From positions 1-48,834 of the forward strand of contig CAJWKQ010000002.1 in NCBI GenBank assembly GCA_913041895.1: 48,834 bases of DNA, read 5' to 3'. Below, one piece after another: positions 39,761 through 47,269 of this stretch. The notes under the pieces were generated by a model. It saw only the letters and a program-made list of their open reading frames with translations. It was not told where the DNA came from and searched no databases. A program made the position numbers and the translations under genes. Numbering within the stretch: position 1 is the stretch's first letter; every line of letters begins with the position of its first letter. This DNA comes from an uncultured Verrucomicrobiales bacterium (lineage in GTDB: Bacteria > Verrucomicrobiota > Verrucomicrobiia > Limisphaerales > UBA1100).

Positions 39761-40393
39761 ATGATGGAATCAACCAAAATGAAGCCTGATGCCCCCTTGC
39801 TCGAAACGCGTAGCAGCCTGATCCAGAGGCTCAAAGCTACAATCAACGGGCAAAGCTGGGAGGAATTCTTCCAGACATACTGGCAACTCATTTACAATGT
39901 TGCCCGACGCTCAGGCCTATCAGAAGCAGATTCACAGGATGTCGTTCAGGAAACCATACTCAAAGTCCATAACAGTATGGAAAAATTTGAATACAATCGC
40001 AAGCGTGGCTCATTCAAGGGCTGGTTACGCACGGTAACCAGATCTCGCCTTGCTGAATATTTCAAAAAACAACATAGAAGACCCGGCACTAGCCGTCCGA
40101 TTGAGAACTCGGGGGAGGTTTTAAATTCCATGGCTGATCCTGAAGGCCCTGAACTAGAGAAGATTTGGGATGAGGAATGGCAACGTAATCTAATTCAAGC
40201 AGCACTGACTCGGACCAAAAAATTAACCAGCCCAAAACAATTTCAAATATTCAAGTGCCACTACATCGATGGATGGACAGTAAAAGAAACTTGCAAAACC
40301 CTAGGGGTCAATGCAGCTCAGATTTACATGGCCAAGCAAAGGGTAGGAAAAATATTTAAGGATTCGGTTGAGTCACTACAGGAGCAAAGTTAA
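39761..40393 (+). CDS. ECF-type RNA polymerase sigma-70 family factor
   Basis: 210 aa. Region 2-like WEEFFQTYWQLIYNVARRSGLSEADSQDVVQETILKVH...FKGWLRTVTRSRLAEYFKK. Region 4 HTH WTVKETCKTLGVNAAQIYMAKQRVGKIF. No anti-sigma gene is adjacent. Confidence 0.88.
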   Translation: MMESTKMKPDAPLLETRSSLIQRLKATINGQSWEEFFQTYWQLIYNVARRSGLSEADSQDVVQETILKVHNSMEKFEYNRKRGSFKGWLRTVTRSRLAEYFKKQHRRPGTSRPIENSGEVLNSMADPEGPELEKIWDEEWQRNLIQAALTRTKKLTSPKQFQIFKCHYIDGWTVKETCKTLGVNAAQIYMAKQRVGKIFKDSVESLQEQS

Positions 40394-40423
40394 CTGTCCG
40401 ACAGTAGACTCAAAGCCCTTAAA

Positions 40424-40714
40424 TCATTCGCTTTCAAACCAATGGTGCTTCTTCCACGGACCTTCATCAAATTGGGCTCCATAGTAAACAGTTCCCGACA
40501 CTGAGTCCAAAATATAAGTAGGCGAACTCTCATGGAAAACATATCTTCCAATTTCATTATCTTGCCCGGTCTGGTTAGCCGCATTTGCTTCGGGAATGAT
40601 AGGGTTAATGTTGTTTGCATCAGCGCAAGCAAATAGAAATGCAGCTGCAATAGCGCCAATAATCATACTTTTAACATTTGGAGATTCCATCATAAGAAAA
40701 ATACTACCGACCAA
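40424..40714 (-). CDS. small hypothetical lipoprotein
   Basis: Signal peptide with lipobox (IIGAIAAAFLFAC). The true start is probably one of the internal Met codons (MMESPNVK...). No homology recognised. Confidence 0.45.
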   Translation of the reverse strand: MVGSIFLMMESPNVKSMIIGAIAAAFLFACADANNINPIIPEANAANQTGQDNEIGRYVFHESSPTYILDSVSGTVYYGAQFDEGPWKKHHWFESE

Positions 40715-40754
40715 TGATTACAGGTCAATTAACAGACGTTAACAGTAGAAAAAA

Positions 40755-40831
40755 TGGCACGCCCTTAGGGATTCGAACCCCAAACCTCCTGGTCCGTAGC
40801 CAAGCGCTCTATCCAATTGAGCTAAGGGCGC
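40755..40831 (-). tRNA. tRNA-Arg (anticodon ACG), CCA encoded
   Basis: Hand-folded cloverleaf: GCGCCCT-TA-GCTC-AATTGGATA-GAGC-G-CTTGG-CTACGGA-CCAGG-AGGTT-TGGGG-TTCGAAT-CCCTA-AGGGCGT-G-CCA. 77 nt. Confidence 0.93.
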
Positions 40832-40874
40832 AGATGAGGAAAGAGGATTACTTCCTCTTCTTTGCATGATCAAG

Positions 40875-41681
40875 TCAATTCGAACCGTTTATCCCCCAAT
40901 CAAAATCAGTATACCTAATTTTGAATTCACCACTCTTGATTGCACTTTTTTCGGCTTGATTAAAATGACTAGCTACAAAATCCAGAATATCTGCGTCGCT
41001 TTCACCGAAGTCCTCCTTATACCACTTGAAGATGGGAGATAAATAAACGATTCTCTTTCCTAGATCCACTCGGTTCTTGGATTTATCCCCTAGAAAACTT
41101 TTTGTCTGATCAAAAAACTGATCCTCTAAATATTGCGCATTATATGGGTTCCCTCGCAAAACCGGACATCCCCTTGAACCACATACCAATGCAAAATGCA
41201 CAGATGGAGTCTGGAACTCCTTTCTAAGCAATTGATTCTCTAAATAACTTAGCGAAATTTTTTCACCGAATAAACTGACTGCCTTTAGACTCCAAACTGA
41301 ACCTATCGCTCTAATGTCCCTAATTGATGAAACCGGATAGTGATCAACGATCAGCTTAAGTGTTGCAGCATTATAAATATTCAACAAGAACGCCATTTGC
41401 TCATGCTTAGACCACTCAAGAAATTGTTCCCGCGGCACACTTCCTGCCAGAGCAAGGTATTCATCAAGATCTTCCGGATGTTTTTGAAGCCATGTGTATT
41501 TAACGCCACCTTTACCATCATTCACCTTACTTAAAACTTGCGCCAATTTTGGATGATCATGACTAAACGCAACCTTCTTATCTGCCAAAATCGCCTGGCC
41601 TTTCTCCGCCTCATGACTGCAGCCCCATTGAGACAATGGAGATAGAATACAGATAAGAAATATATAGATTTGCCTAATCAT
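40875..41681 (-). CDS. DUF547 domain-containing protein (secreted or lipoprotein)
   Basis: 268 aa with signal and lipobox-like LSQWGCS. DUF547 core MAFLLNIYNAATLKLIVDHYPVSSIRDI...SLSYLENQLLR...PSVHFALVCGSRGCPVL. Confidence 0.8.
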   Translation of the reverse strand: MIRQIYIFLICILSPLSQWGCSHEAEKGQAILADKKVAFSHDHPKLAQVLSKVNDGKGGVKYTWLQKHPEDLDEYLALAGSVPREQFLEWSKHEQMAFLLNIYNAATLKLIVDHYPVSSIRDIRAIGSVWSLKAVSLFGEKISLSYLENQLLRKEFQTPSVHFALVCGSRGCPVLRGNPYNAQYLEDQFFDQTKSFLGDKSKNRVDLGKRIVYLSPIFKWYKEDFGESDADILDFVASHFNQAEKSAIKSGEFKIRYTDFDWGINGSN

Positions 41682-41693
41682 CCTAACCTTGGA

Positions 41694-42572
41694 TCAGTTC
41701 AGAAACTTTCTCTGCTTGAGCCAGAACAATAAGTCATTTGTCCAAGGATGCAGGTTGTTATAATCCTTACCCCCCAAGCCTATGCCATGGCGCCCTTTTT
41801 CATATATGTGCAAATCCATAAGAACACCCTTCTTTCGTAGAGCAGTCGCAAAGAGAAGGCTATTCTCAACTGGAACCGCCCTGTCCTCCCACGTGTGCCA
41901 GACAAAACATGGAGGTGAATTCTTCTTTATTTGCAACTCATTAGAAAGTAGCTGCACCAACTCTTTTGATGGATCTGTTCCAAGTAGATTCCTCTTGGAA
42001 CCCTGATGAGTAAATTGCCCCATTGTGATCACGGGATAACAAAGTATTCCAAGGTCCGGACGGGAACTCATCCGGTCAACCTCATCACCATTCTGAATAC
42101 CCATATCGAAATGGGTAACGATAGTTGAGGCCAAATGCCCTCCAGCTGAAGACCCCATAACTCCAATCCGATTAGGATCAATCTTCCAAGAAACAGCATT
42201 AGCGCGTACTGTGCGAATAGCCCGGGAAACATCCTTTAACATAACCGGATGACGGTAGCCAGCTGAGCCCAAACGGTACTTTAGAACGAAACAATGTATT
42301 CCTTGGGTAACAAGCCAATCGGCATAGCCCTTTCCTTCATGGGGAGCCAAACCTCCGTAACCACCACCTGGACAGATAACTATAGCTGATCCTGAAGGGT
42401 TGTTCGCCCAATACGGCGTAAGCGTTGGAATATCGCGCGCAGTCTTGCCTTTTTGCCCGGGCGCGCCTTCGGTCCACATGGGAAACTCATTGTTTGATCG
42501 ATCCGCGCCCAGCGTGGTGGTGACCCAAGTGATAGTTAGCAAACAAATCAGTCGCATGTCCCACCCTAGCAC
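41694..42572 (-). CDS. alpha/beta hydrolase (esterase/lipase-like)
   Basis: Signal peptide. Oxyanion-type CPGGGY (HGGG-like), nucleophile elbow GSSAGGH (GxSxG), and a C-terminal H in GRHGIG. Confidence 0.8.
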   Translation of the reverse strand: MLGWDMRLICLLTITWVTTTLGADRSNNEFPMWTEGAPGQKGKTARDIPTLTPYWANNPSGSAIVICPGGGYGGLAPHEGKGYADWLVTQGIHCFVLKYRLGSAGYRHPVMLKDVSRAIRTVRANAVSWKIDPNRIGVMGSSAGGHLASTIVTHFDMGIQNGDEVDRMSSRPDLGILCYPVITMGQFTHQGSKRNLLGTDPSKELVQLLSNELQIKKNSPPCFVWHTWEDRAVPVENSLLFATALRKKGVLMDLHIYEKGRHGIGLGGKDYNNLHPWTNDLLFWLKQRKFLN

Positions 42573-42588
42573 GGGTAGGAGCGCTTGC

Positions 42589-43662
42589 CTAGGCCCACGC
42601 GTTATTGAGAAAATTCATAAAGTTTCCATGCATTATCCCGGTTATCTGGACCAAGTCGAAACCTCGTTTTGAAAGTAAATCGGGCAACCTCTGCAAATCA
42701 GCAATTGTATCCAAATCACCCGGACTTTGCTCTGTGCCATAACCTCCATCTAAATCTGTGCCTATGCCGACATGATTTGCATTTCCAGCCAGTTCACAGA
42801 TATGCTCCATGTGGTCGATCACGTGTTCTAGTTTTACTCCCGATTCTTTAGGTGTGGTTTTACCGCGCTCCCAGTTTGGCGCAAGCATCCATGCATCCAA
42901 AGCCCCACCGATAACTGCCCCACGTTCTATAAGATATTTAATTTGCTCATCGCAAAATTGCCGATCATTTGGAACCAACGTACGACAATTGCTGTGTGAA
43001 GCCCAAACTGGACCCTCGAAAACATCCATAGCCTCCCAGAAACTACTATCGCTCAAATGAGTTGCATCAAGAATAATTCCCATTCGATCCATTTCTTTTA
43101 AAAGCTCGATACCTTGCGGAGCCAAACCACCATCATGAGCTGTCCCCTGAGCATATGTTCCCGGCCCATAATGAGATAATCCCACTGCTCGCAGTCCATT
43201 AGCATAAGACCGCTCTAGATGATTTGGAGAAATTATTGAATCAGCACCCTCTAAGCTGAGAATGTAACCAATAGGCAAATCATCTCTAGGATTATCATTC
43301 CAGAGTGCGGCGTGACTACCTAAGCTTTTTGCATCAGTTATTTGAAACAACTGACCATCCTCTTCCATTGCCTTGTACCACGCTAATTGCCCTTGCGAAT
43401 GAGCCCACGCTTGCTCAGGAGAATGCCAACCCTTAAGCGGATTGTCGGGTTTAATATACCGAGCAATTTGTGTAGCTACACAAATTCCTATATGTCCCCG
43501 CCGCATATCGGGAAAGGCCACAGTTCCCTGAGCGCGATCTGGCTTATCAGTCTGGCCATGCTCACTTTGACGTATATCTAGGACACCTTTCCTCAGATCC
43601 CTGTTCCACTCCATGGCATTCATAGCAAGATCCAAGTGGGCATCGAAAATCCACATATTCAC
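42589..43662 (-). CDS. membrane dipeptidase family (peptidase M19, renal dipeptidase-like)
   Basis: 357 aa with N-terminal metal-binding FDAHLDL (HxD). Motifs LSLEGAD, GLSHYGP, ILDATHLSD, ASHSN and IGTDLDGG follow the M19 layout. Confidence 0.8.
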   Translation of the reverse strand: MNMWIFDAHLDLAMNAMEWNRDLRKGVLDIRQSEHGQTDKPDRAQGTVAFPDMRRGHIGICVATQIARYIKPDNPLKGWHSPEQAWAHSQGQLAWYKAMEEDGQLFQITDAKSLGSHAALWNDNPRDDLPIGYILSLEGADSIISPNHLERSYANGLRAVGLSHYGPGTYAQGTAHDGGLAPQGIELLKEMDRMGIILDATHLSDSSFWEAMDVFEGPVWASHSNCRTLVPNDRQFCDEQIKYLIERGAVIGGALDAWMLAPNWERGKTTPKESGVKLEHVIDHMEHICELAGNANHVGIGTDLDGGYGTEQSPGDLDTIADLQRLPDLLSKRGFDLVQITGIMHGNFMNFLNNAWA

Positions 43663-44771
43663 ACACCCAAACTACGACGACGAGCCGCTATTTCCCACAA
43701 CCCAATAGCCTTTCCATCCTGTACTACCCATGCATGATCGTGAAGTGCCACAGTAGGGCAAATATGAACCGGAACTCCATAGCAAACATCCCCCACCTTC
43801 AATTCGTCAACCCGATCGCATTTCATCATCAAATGTTCTTCGCTATGAACCTCTGGATGGGCCGATTCGTGCCCAAACAAGCGCACCCTTGGCTGTGGTT
43901 TATCCGCTGCAATTGATTTATGCCCCAAATCGAAACATACGCGTTGGCTGCCCGGCTTACTGATCACCCGAGTAAATAAAACTGCTGCATACTCGAAATC
44001 CATATCAGGTAATCCATCTTCATATCCGAAATCCCACAAAGATGTGGTTCCAGGACTACAAATACGATCTGAATATTTTGAATGAATAGGAAATGTAGGT
44101 GTTCCCCCAGCAATTAACTCAGGGACAGCCTGTCCCGAAGATTCCAAATCATCTCGAAAGTCCAGTATTGGCACAAAATCTGCATCACAAATTTTGGTTC
44201 GTTTACCTATATCCTGCTCGTGGTTGTGCCCATCATAGGCATGAAGCCCGCCCACCTCTAAACCCGGAGATCGAATGATAGTCTCGTACAGCTTTGCCGC
44301 AAAACCACCGGGCTCTATACCCGTTCTATGCATTCCGCAATCAAGATCCAAAAAAACCATTAACTTGCGAGGCGCATCACCAAATACTTCACATAACATT
44401 GATACTGTTTCAGCATTATCAACCACCGTCCCCCAACGCACTAGCGGATAGCGATCCATCAAGAATCTCAAGCGTGCGGCATTTGGCCCGACAGGTTGAT
44501 GTGCTAACAGGATATCCTGCCCCCCTGAACCTGCTACCATTTCTGCTTCGGCTATTGTAGCACACTTGAAGCGTCTAATCCCTAAACTCAATTGCATGCC
44601 GACAACCTCAGGCAATTTATGTGTTTTGACATGCGGCATTAGATTATTCACATCACCAACGACATCGATCGACCTTTGAATATTCCTAATAATCCGTTGA
44701 GGATAAACCAAGAGCGCAGGTGATGGGATCTCCGCTTCATTCTCAACTTGATACCAATTTCCTTTAACCAT
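43659..44771 (-). CDS. DSD1-family PLP enzyme (D-serine/D-threonine dehydratase or D-threonine aldolase-like; alanine racemase N-terminal fold)
   Basis: PLP-lysine motif MPHVKTHK. C-terminal VPVHICPTV (HxC, as in the zinc site of D-serine dehydratases). Overlaps the dipeptidase gene by 4 nt. Confidence 0.75.
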   Translation of the reverse strand: MVKGNWYQVENEAEIPSPALLVYPQRIIRNIQRSIDVVGDVNNLMPHVKTHKLPEVVGMQLSLGIRRFKCATIAEAEMVAGSGGQDILLAHQPVGPNAARLRFLMDRYPLVRWGTVVDNAETVSMLCEVFGDAPRKLMVFLDLDCGMHRTGIEPGGFAAKLYETIIRSPGLEVGGLHAYDGHNHEQDIGKRTKICDADFVPILDFRDDLESSGQAVPELIAGGTPTFPIHSKYSDRICSPGTTSLWDFGYEDGLPDMDFEYAAVLFTRVISKPGSQRVCFDLGHKSIAADKPQPRVRLFGHESAHPEVHSEEHLMMKCDRVDELKVGDVCYGVPVHICPTVALHDHAWVVQDGKAIGLWEIAARRRSLGV

Positions 44772-44773
44772 CG

Positions 44774-45241
44774 TTAAACCTTATTAATCTCAAAAACAGC
44801 TTCAATCTCAACTGCCATATTGCCAGGCAAAGAGCCGACCCCAACTGCACTTCGAGCCCCAATGCCATTTTCTTCACCGAACACCTCTGCCATGAGATCA
44901 CTATATCCATTTATCACAAGTGGGTGTTTGGAAAAATCGGTGTGAGCGTTTACCATTCCAAATGATTTCAACAAACACTTTACGCGATTCAAGCTACCAA
45001 ATTTAGCGCGCAGAGAAGCGAGAATGGCTAAACCTGTCTGCCGTGCAGCAAGTTTTGCCTCATCTATGTTTAGATCGGTGCCGACTTTGCCGATGATATA
45101 TGAATAATCATCCTGCATGGGTCCATGGCCGGAAACATATGCCAAATTGCCTTGAATAAGAATCGGCCGATAAACCCCACCAGGCTTGGGTGCCGGAGGC
45201 AAGATAACTTTTAGGTCCACGAGTCGTTGTTCTGCAGTCAT
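44774..45241 (-). CDS. RidA/YjgF family reactive enamine/imine deaminase
   Basis: ~155 aa. LAYVSGHGP...GKVG..., a C-terminal ARSAVGVGSLPGNMAVEIEAVFE, and an N-terminus like other RidA-subfamily proteins (EQRLVDLKVILPPAPKP). The ORF track starts at a TTG (45244). The ATG at 45241 is equally possible. Confidence 0.88.
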   Translation of the reverse strand: MTAEQRLVDLKVILPPAPKPGGVYRPILIQGNLAYVSGHGPMQDDYSYIIGKVGTDLNIDEAKLAARQTGLAILASLRAKFGSLNRVKCLLKSFGMVNAHTDFSKHPLVINGYSDLMAEVFGEENGIGARSAVGVGSLPGNMAVEIEAVFEINKV

Positions 45242-45248
45242 CAAATAT

Positions 45249-45337
45249 TGGTACCGAGAGCGGGACTCGAACCCGCACTGCTTTTAAAGGCAATCGGATT
45301 TTAAGTCCGACGTGTCTACCAATTCCACCATCTCGGC
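45249..45337 (-). tRNA. tRNA-Leu (anticodon TAA), long variable arm, CCA encoded
   Basis: Hand-folded: GCCGAGA-TG-GTGGAATTGGTAGACAC-G-TCGGA-CTTAAAA-TCCGA-TTGCCTTTAAAAGCAGT-GCGGG-TTCGAGT-CCCGC-TCTCGGT-A-CCA. 89 nt. Confidence 0.93.
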
Positions 45338-45365
45338 TCTGAATGTATCGGGCTAAGGGTAGCAA

Positions 45366-45635
45366 CTAGCGCTCAGACTGCCTAATGTCAATGGCCGAAG
45401 CAACTTGATCCGACTCTTCTAACCCACTTTCAAGTGCCGTAGAAAGGCTGCAATCGTTTTTCAAGGCATATTTCTGTAACGCTATCCATGTGACAGGCTT
45501 TAAAGTAATGTCTAAATTAATAGTCACCACATCCTGACCTAACTTTTCCAGAACGTTGAGTTCATCACTAGAGAGCCGAGCTGAACTAGTGCTCACATGT
45601 TTAATCGGGAGTCTTTCTTGAGTGTTAACTGTCAT
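45366..45635 (-). CDS. hypothetical small protein (89 aa)
   Basis: The only sizeable ORF in this gap, co-directional and ending 28 nt before the tRNA-Leu. No motif recognised, so coding status is uncertain. Confidence 0.3.
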   Translation of the reverse strand: MTVNTQERLPIKHVSTSSARLSSDELNVLEKLGQDVVTINLDITLKPVTWIALQKYALKNDCSLSTALESGLEESDQVASAIDIRQSER

Positions 45636-45727
45636 CAGATTTTAATAGCCCTCAACTAATCAACCTTTATATATCACTCAAGAATCAGTTATGCAGAATT
45701 GTTGGCCAACTATTCACAGAGCAGAGA

Positions 45728-47269
45728 CTATTCAAAATCTTCGAATTCGCCCCCCATCCCATCGCCTTCTTTTTTAGTTAGATTAAATTCAAGAACCGAA
45801 AAAGCACTCGGCTGAAATTCCAATCGTCCCAACACTGTGCTCAATCCTGCTACTCGATCTGCACCCCATTTTTCTAATAAAAATGTAAACTGCCCCCCAT
45901 CTGTAAAAGTAACTCGAACGTCTCCAAGCCCCAGTTTTGGCTTTTCTAATTTAGCACCTGCAAGCTGTATCTTGGCAACCGTATCCATGGTAATCTCCAA
46001 GGGGGTTGGAGCAAAACTTGCCTTAAAAATAACCTTACCCTCTCGAATACCAAGAAGTTTGCCGGAGAGATTGGTCGAATTACTAGTTGTTAAAATATCC
46101 TTATTCTCTTTCTCGTCATCATTGCTAGCCGAAGGAAGTTTACCATCCCATCGAGTAACTCGTATGTTACTAACCTTGAGATTTGAATTTTGAAGAAGAA
46201 CAAACATTAGATTCCCCCCTTTCCCGGCAAATCCCGCATTATCCTCCCACTGTTTAATTACTCGATCATTAATAACCACCGCCATAGAGCTATCAGATTT
46301 GTTCATTCTGACTGAGATTCTAGCCTTTGTTTTCCCCCGTAGATCCTGGAAGCTCTGTTGTCCGAGGTTATTTTGAACACTATCAGCCATTCGTGTTAGG
46401 TAACAACTGCTAGGGCTAATCCCTACCATATAAGAATTACCACCATACACATCAAGTTGGTCAGCAAATAATCCGATACCAAGATTGAAATTTCCCTGCC
46501 AAGCCAGATTAAATTCAAGATTCACACTTTCACCTAAATCTAACTTTCGTCCTATCAGTGAGCCTGAACTGGAACCATGAAATGCCTTATCAGCATATTC
46601 CCAGCCAGACAAACCAATACCGCCAGCAACATTACCTGGATTTCTAGGCCTGATGGGAAACGGGACCCCCCCTTTAAATAGTTGCTGTGGAACTACACGA
46701 TCTTGACGCACGTTTCCTGTTTTGCCGCTTTTAGTTTTCCATTCTTCCATTCCTGTCGGGCCCTCATAAATAAGGTTCGTCTCCTCTGAGGCCGGGCGAA
46801 TAGCCATAATATTATCACGGGGTATTCTCAGACTGTTTCGACTATACCATGCATTAAGAATTAGGTGCCTGTCATTCAGCTCCAAGACTTGGCCCGACAG
46901 AACCTGCCCAGTTACCAAATCAATTTTTGTCTTTTGCGTTGAATCCAGTTGCTGCAACCGCGGAAAAAGCTGAATTTTAGACAGACTATCTGCCAAAAAC
47001 TCAATGTCATCTTTTGCGGCTGAATGCCGCCATTTGGCCCCTGTTTCAGAATCATAGTCCACAAATGTACCTTTAAGGGTATCCCCATCAAGTAGCTCAA
47101 TAATCTGAGGTTTCTGAGAAGCAACAACTCCCCCATCAGGGCCAGGCACAATAATACCAGGTCGGTTAGTTGACACCGAAGGTGTTCTAGTACCTTTGAT
47201 TATTATCTGTGCCTGTGAAACAGAAACGGTAAGACACAACAAAAGGTTGAAAAATATAACGCTCTTCAT
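45728..47269 (-). CDS. secreted hypothetical protein, paralog A of a tandem pair (central ConA/DUF1080-like region)
   Basis: 513 aa with signal peptide MKSVIFFNLLLCLTVSVSQAQ. It aligns along its whole length with the upstream gene (e.g. WEYADKAFHGSSSGSLIGRK..LEFNLAWQGNFNLGIGLFADQ versus WRYANNAFICASSGPILGRK..LHFDLQWTGYFNLGVNIFADQ; IRVTRWDG versus IRITEWNG). Confidence 0.7.
   Translation of the reverse strand: MKSVIFFNLLLCLTVSVSQAQIIIKGTRTPSVSTNRPGIIVPGPDGGVVASQKPQIIELLDGDTLKGTFVDYDSETGAKWRHSAAKDDIEFLADSLSKIQLFPRLQQLDSTQKTKIDLVTGQVLSGQVLELNDRHLILNAWYSRNSLRIPRDNIMAIRPASEETNLIYEGPTGMEEWKTKSGKTGNVRQDRVVPQQLFKGGVPFPIRPRNPGNVAGGIGLSGWEYADKAFHGSSSGSLIGRKLDLGESVNLEFNLAWQGNFNLGIGLFADQLDVYGGNSYMVGISPSSCYLTRMADSVQNNLGQQSFQDLRGKTKARISVRMNKSDSSMAVVINDRVIKQWEDNAGFAGKGGNLMFVLLQNSNLKVSNIRVTRWDGKLPSASNDDEKENKDILTTSNSTNLSGKLLGIREGKVIFKASFAPTPLEITMDTVAKIQLAGAKLEKPKLGLGDVRVTFTDGGQFTFLLEKWGADRVAGLSTVLGRLEFQPSAFSVLEFNLTKKEGDGMGGEFEDFE

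Noticed and set aside
40390-40659. 89-aa minus-strand ORF overlapping the small lipoprotein ORF in another frame.
   Set aside because: The overlapping 96-aa frame has a signal peptide with a lipobox, and this one has no such features. Only one can be real, and neither is strongly supported.
40832-40874. Hairpin AAGAGGA/agtaa/TCCTCTT on the minus strand between the DUF547 gene and tRNA-Arg, as a possible intrinsic terminator.
   Set aside because: It is only a 7-bp A/T-rich stem with no following U-tract, so it cannot be distinguished from chance.
40755-45337. Possible genomic island bounded by tRNA-Arg and tRNA-Leu.
   Set aside because: - There is no integrase, transposase or phage gene.
- I noticed no direct repeat of either tRNA 3' end, though I did not scan for one systematically.
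- The content is ordinary metabolic genes.
45108-45365. 85-aa minus-strand ORF.
   Set aside because: It reads straight through the tRNA-Leu gene and into the RidA gene in another frame, so it is an artefact.
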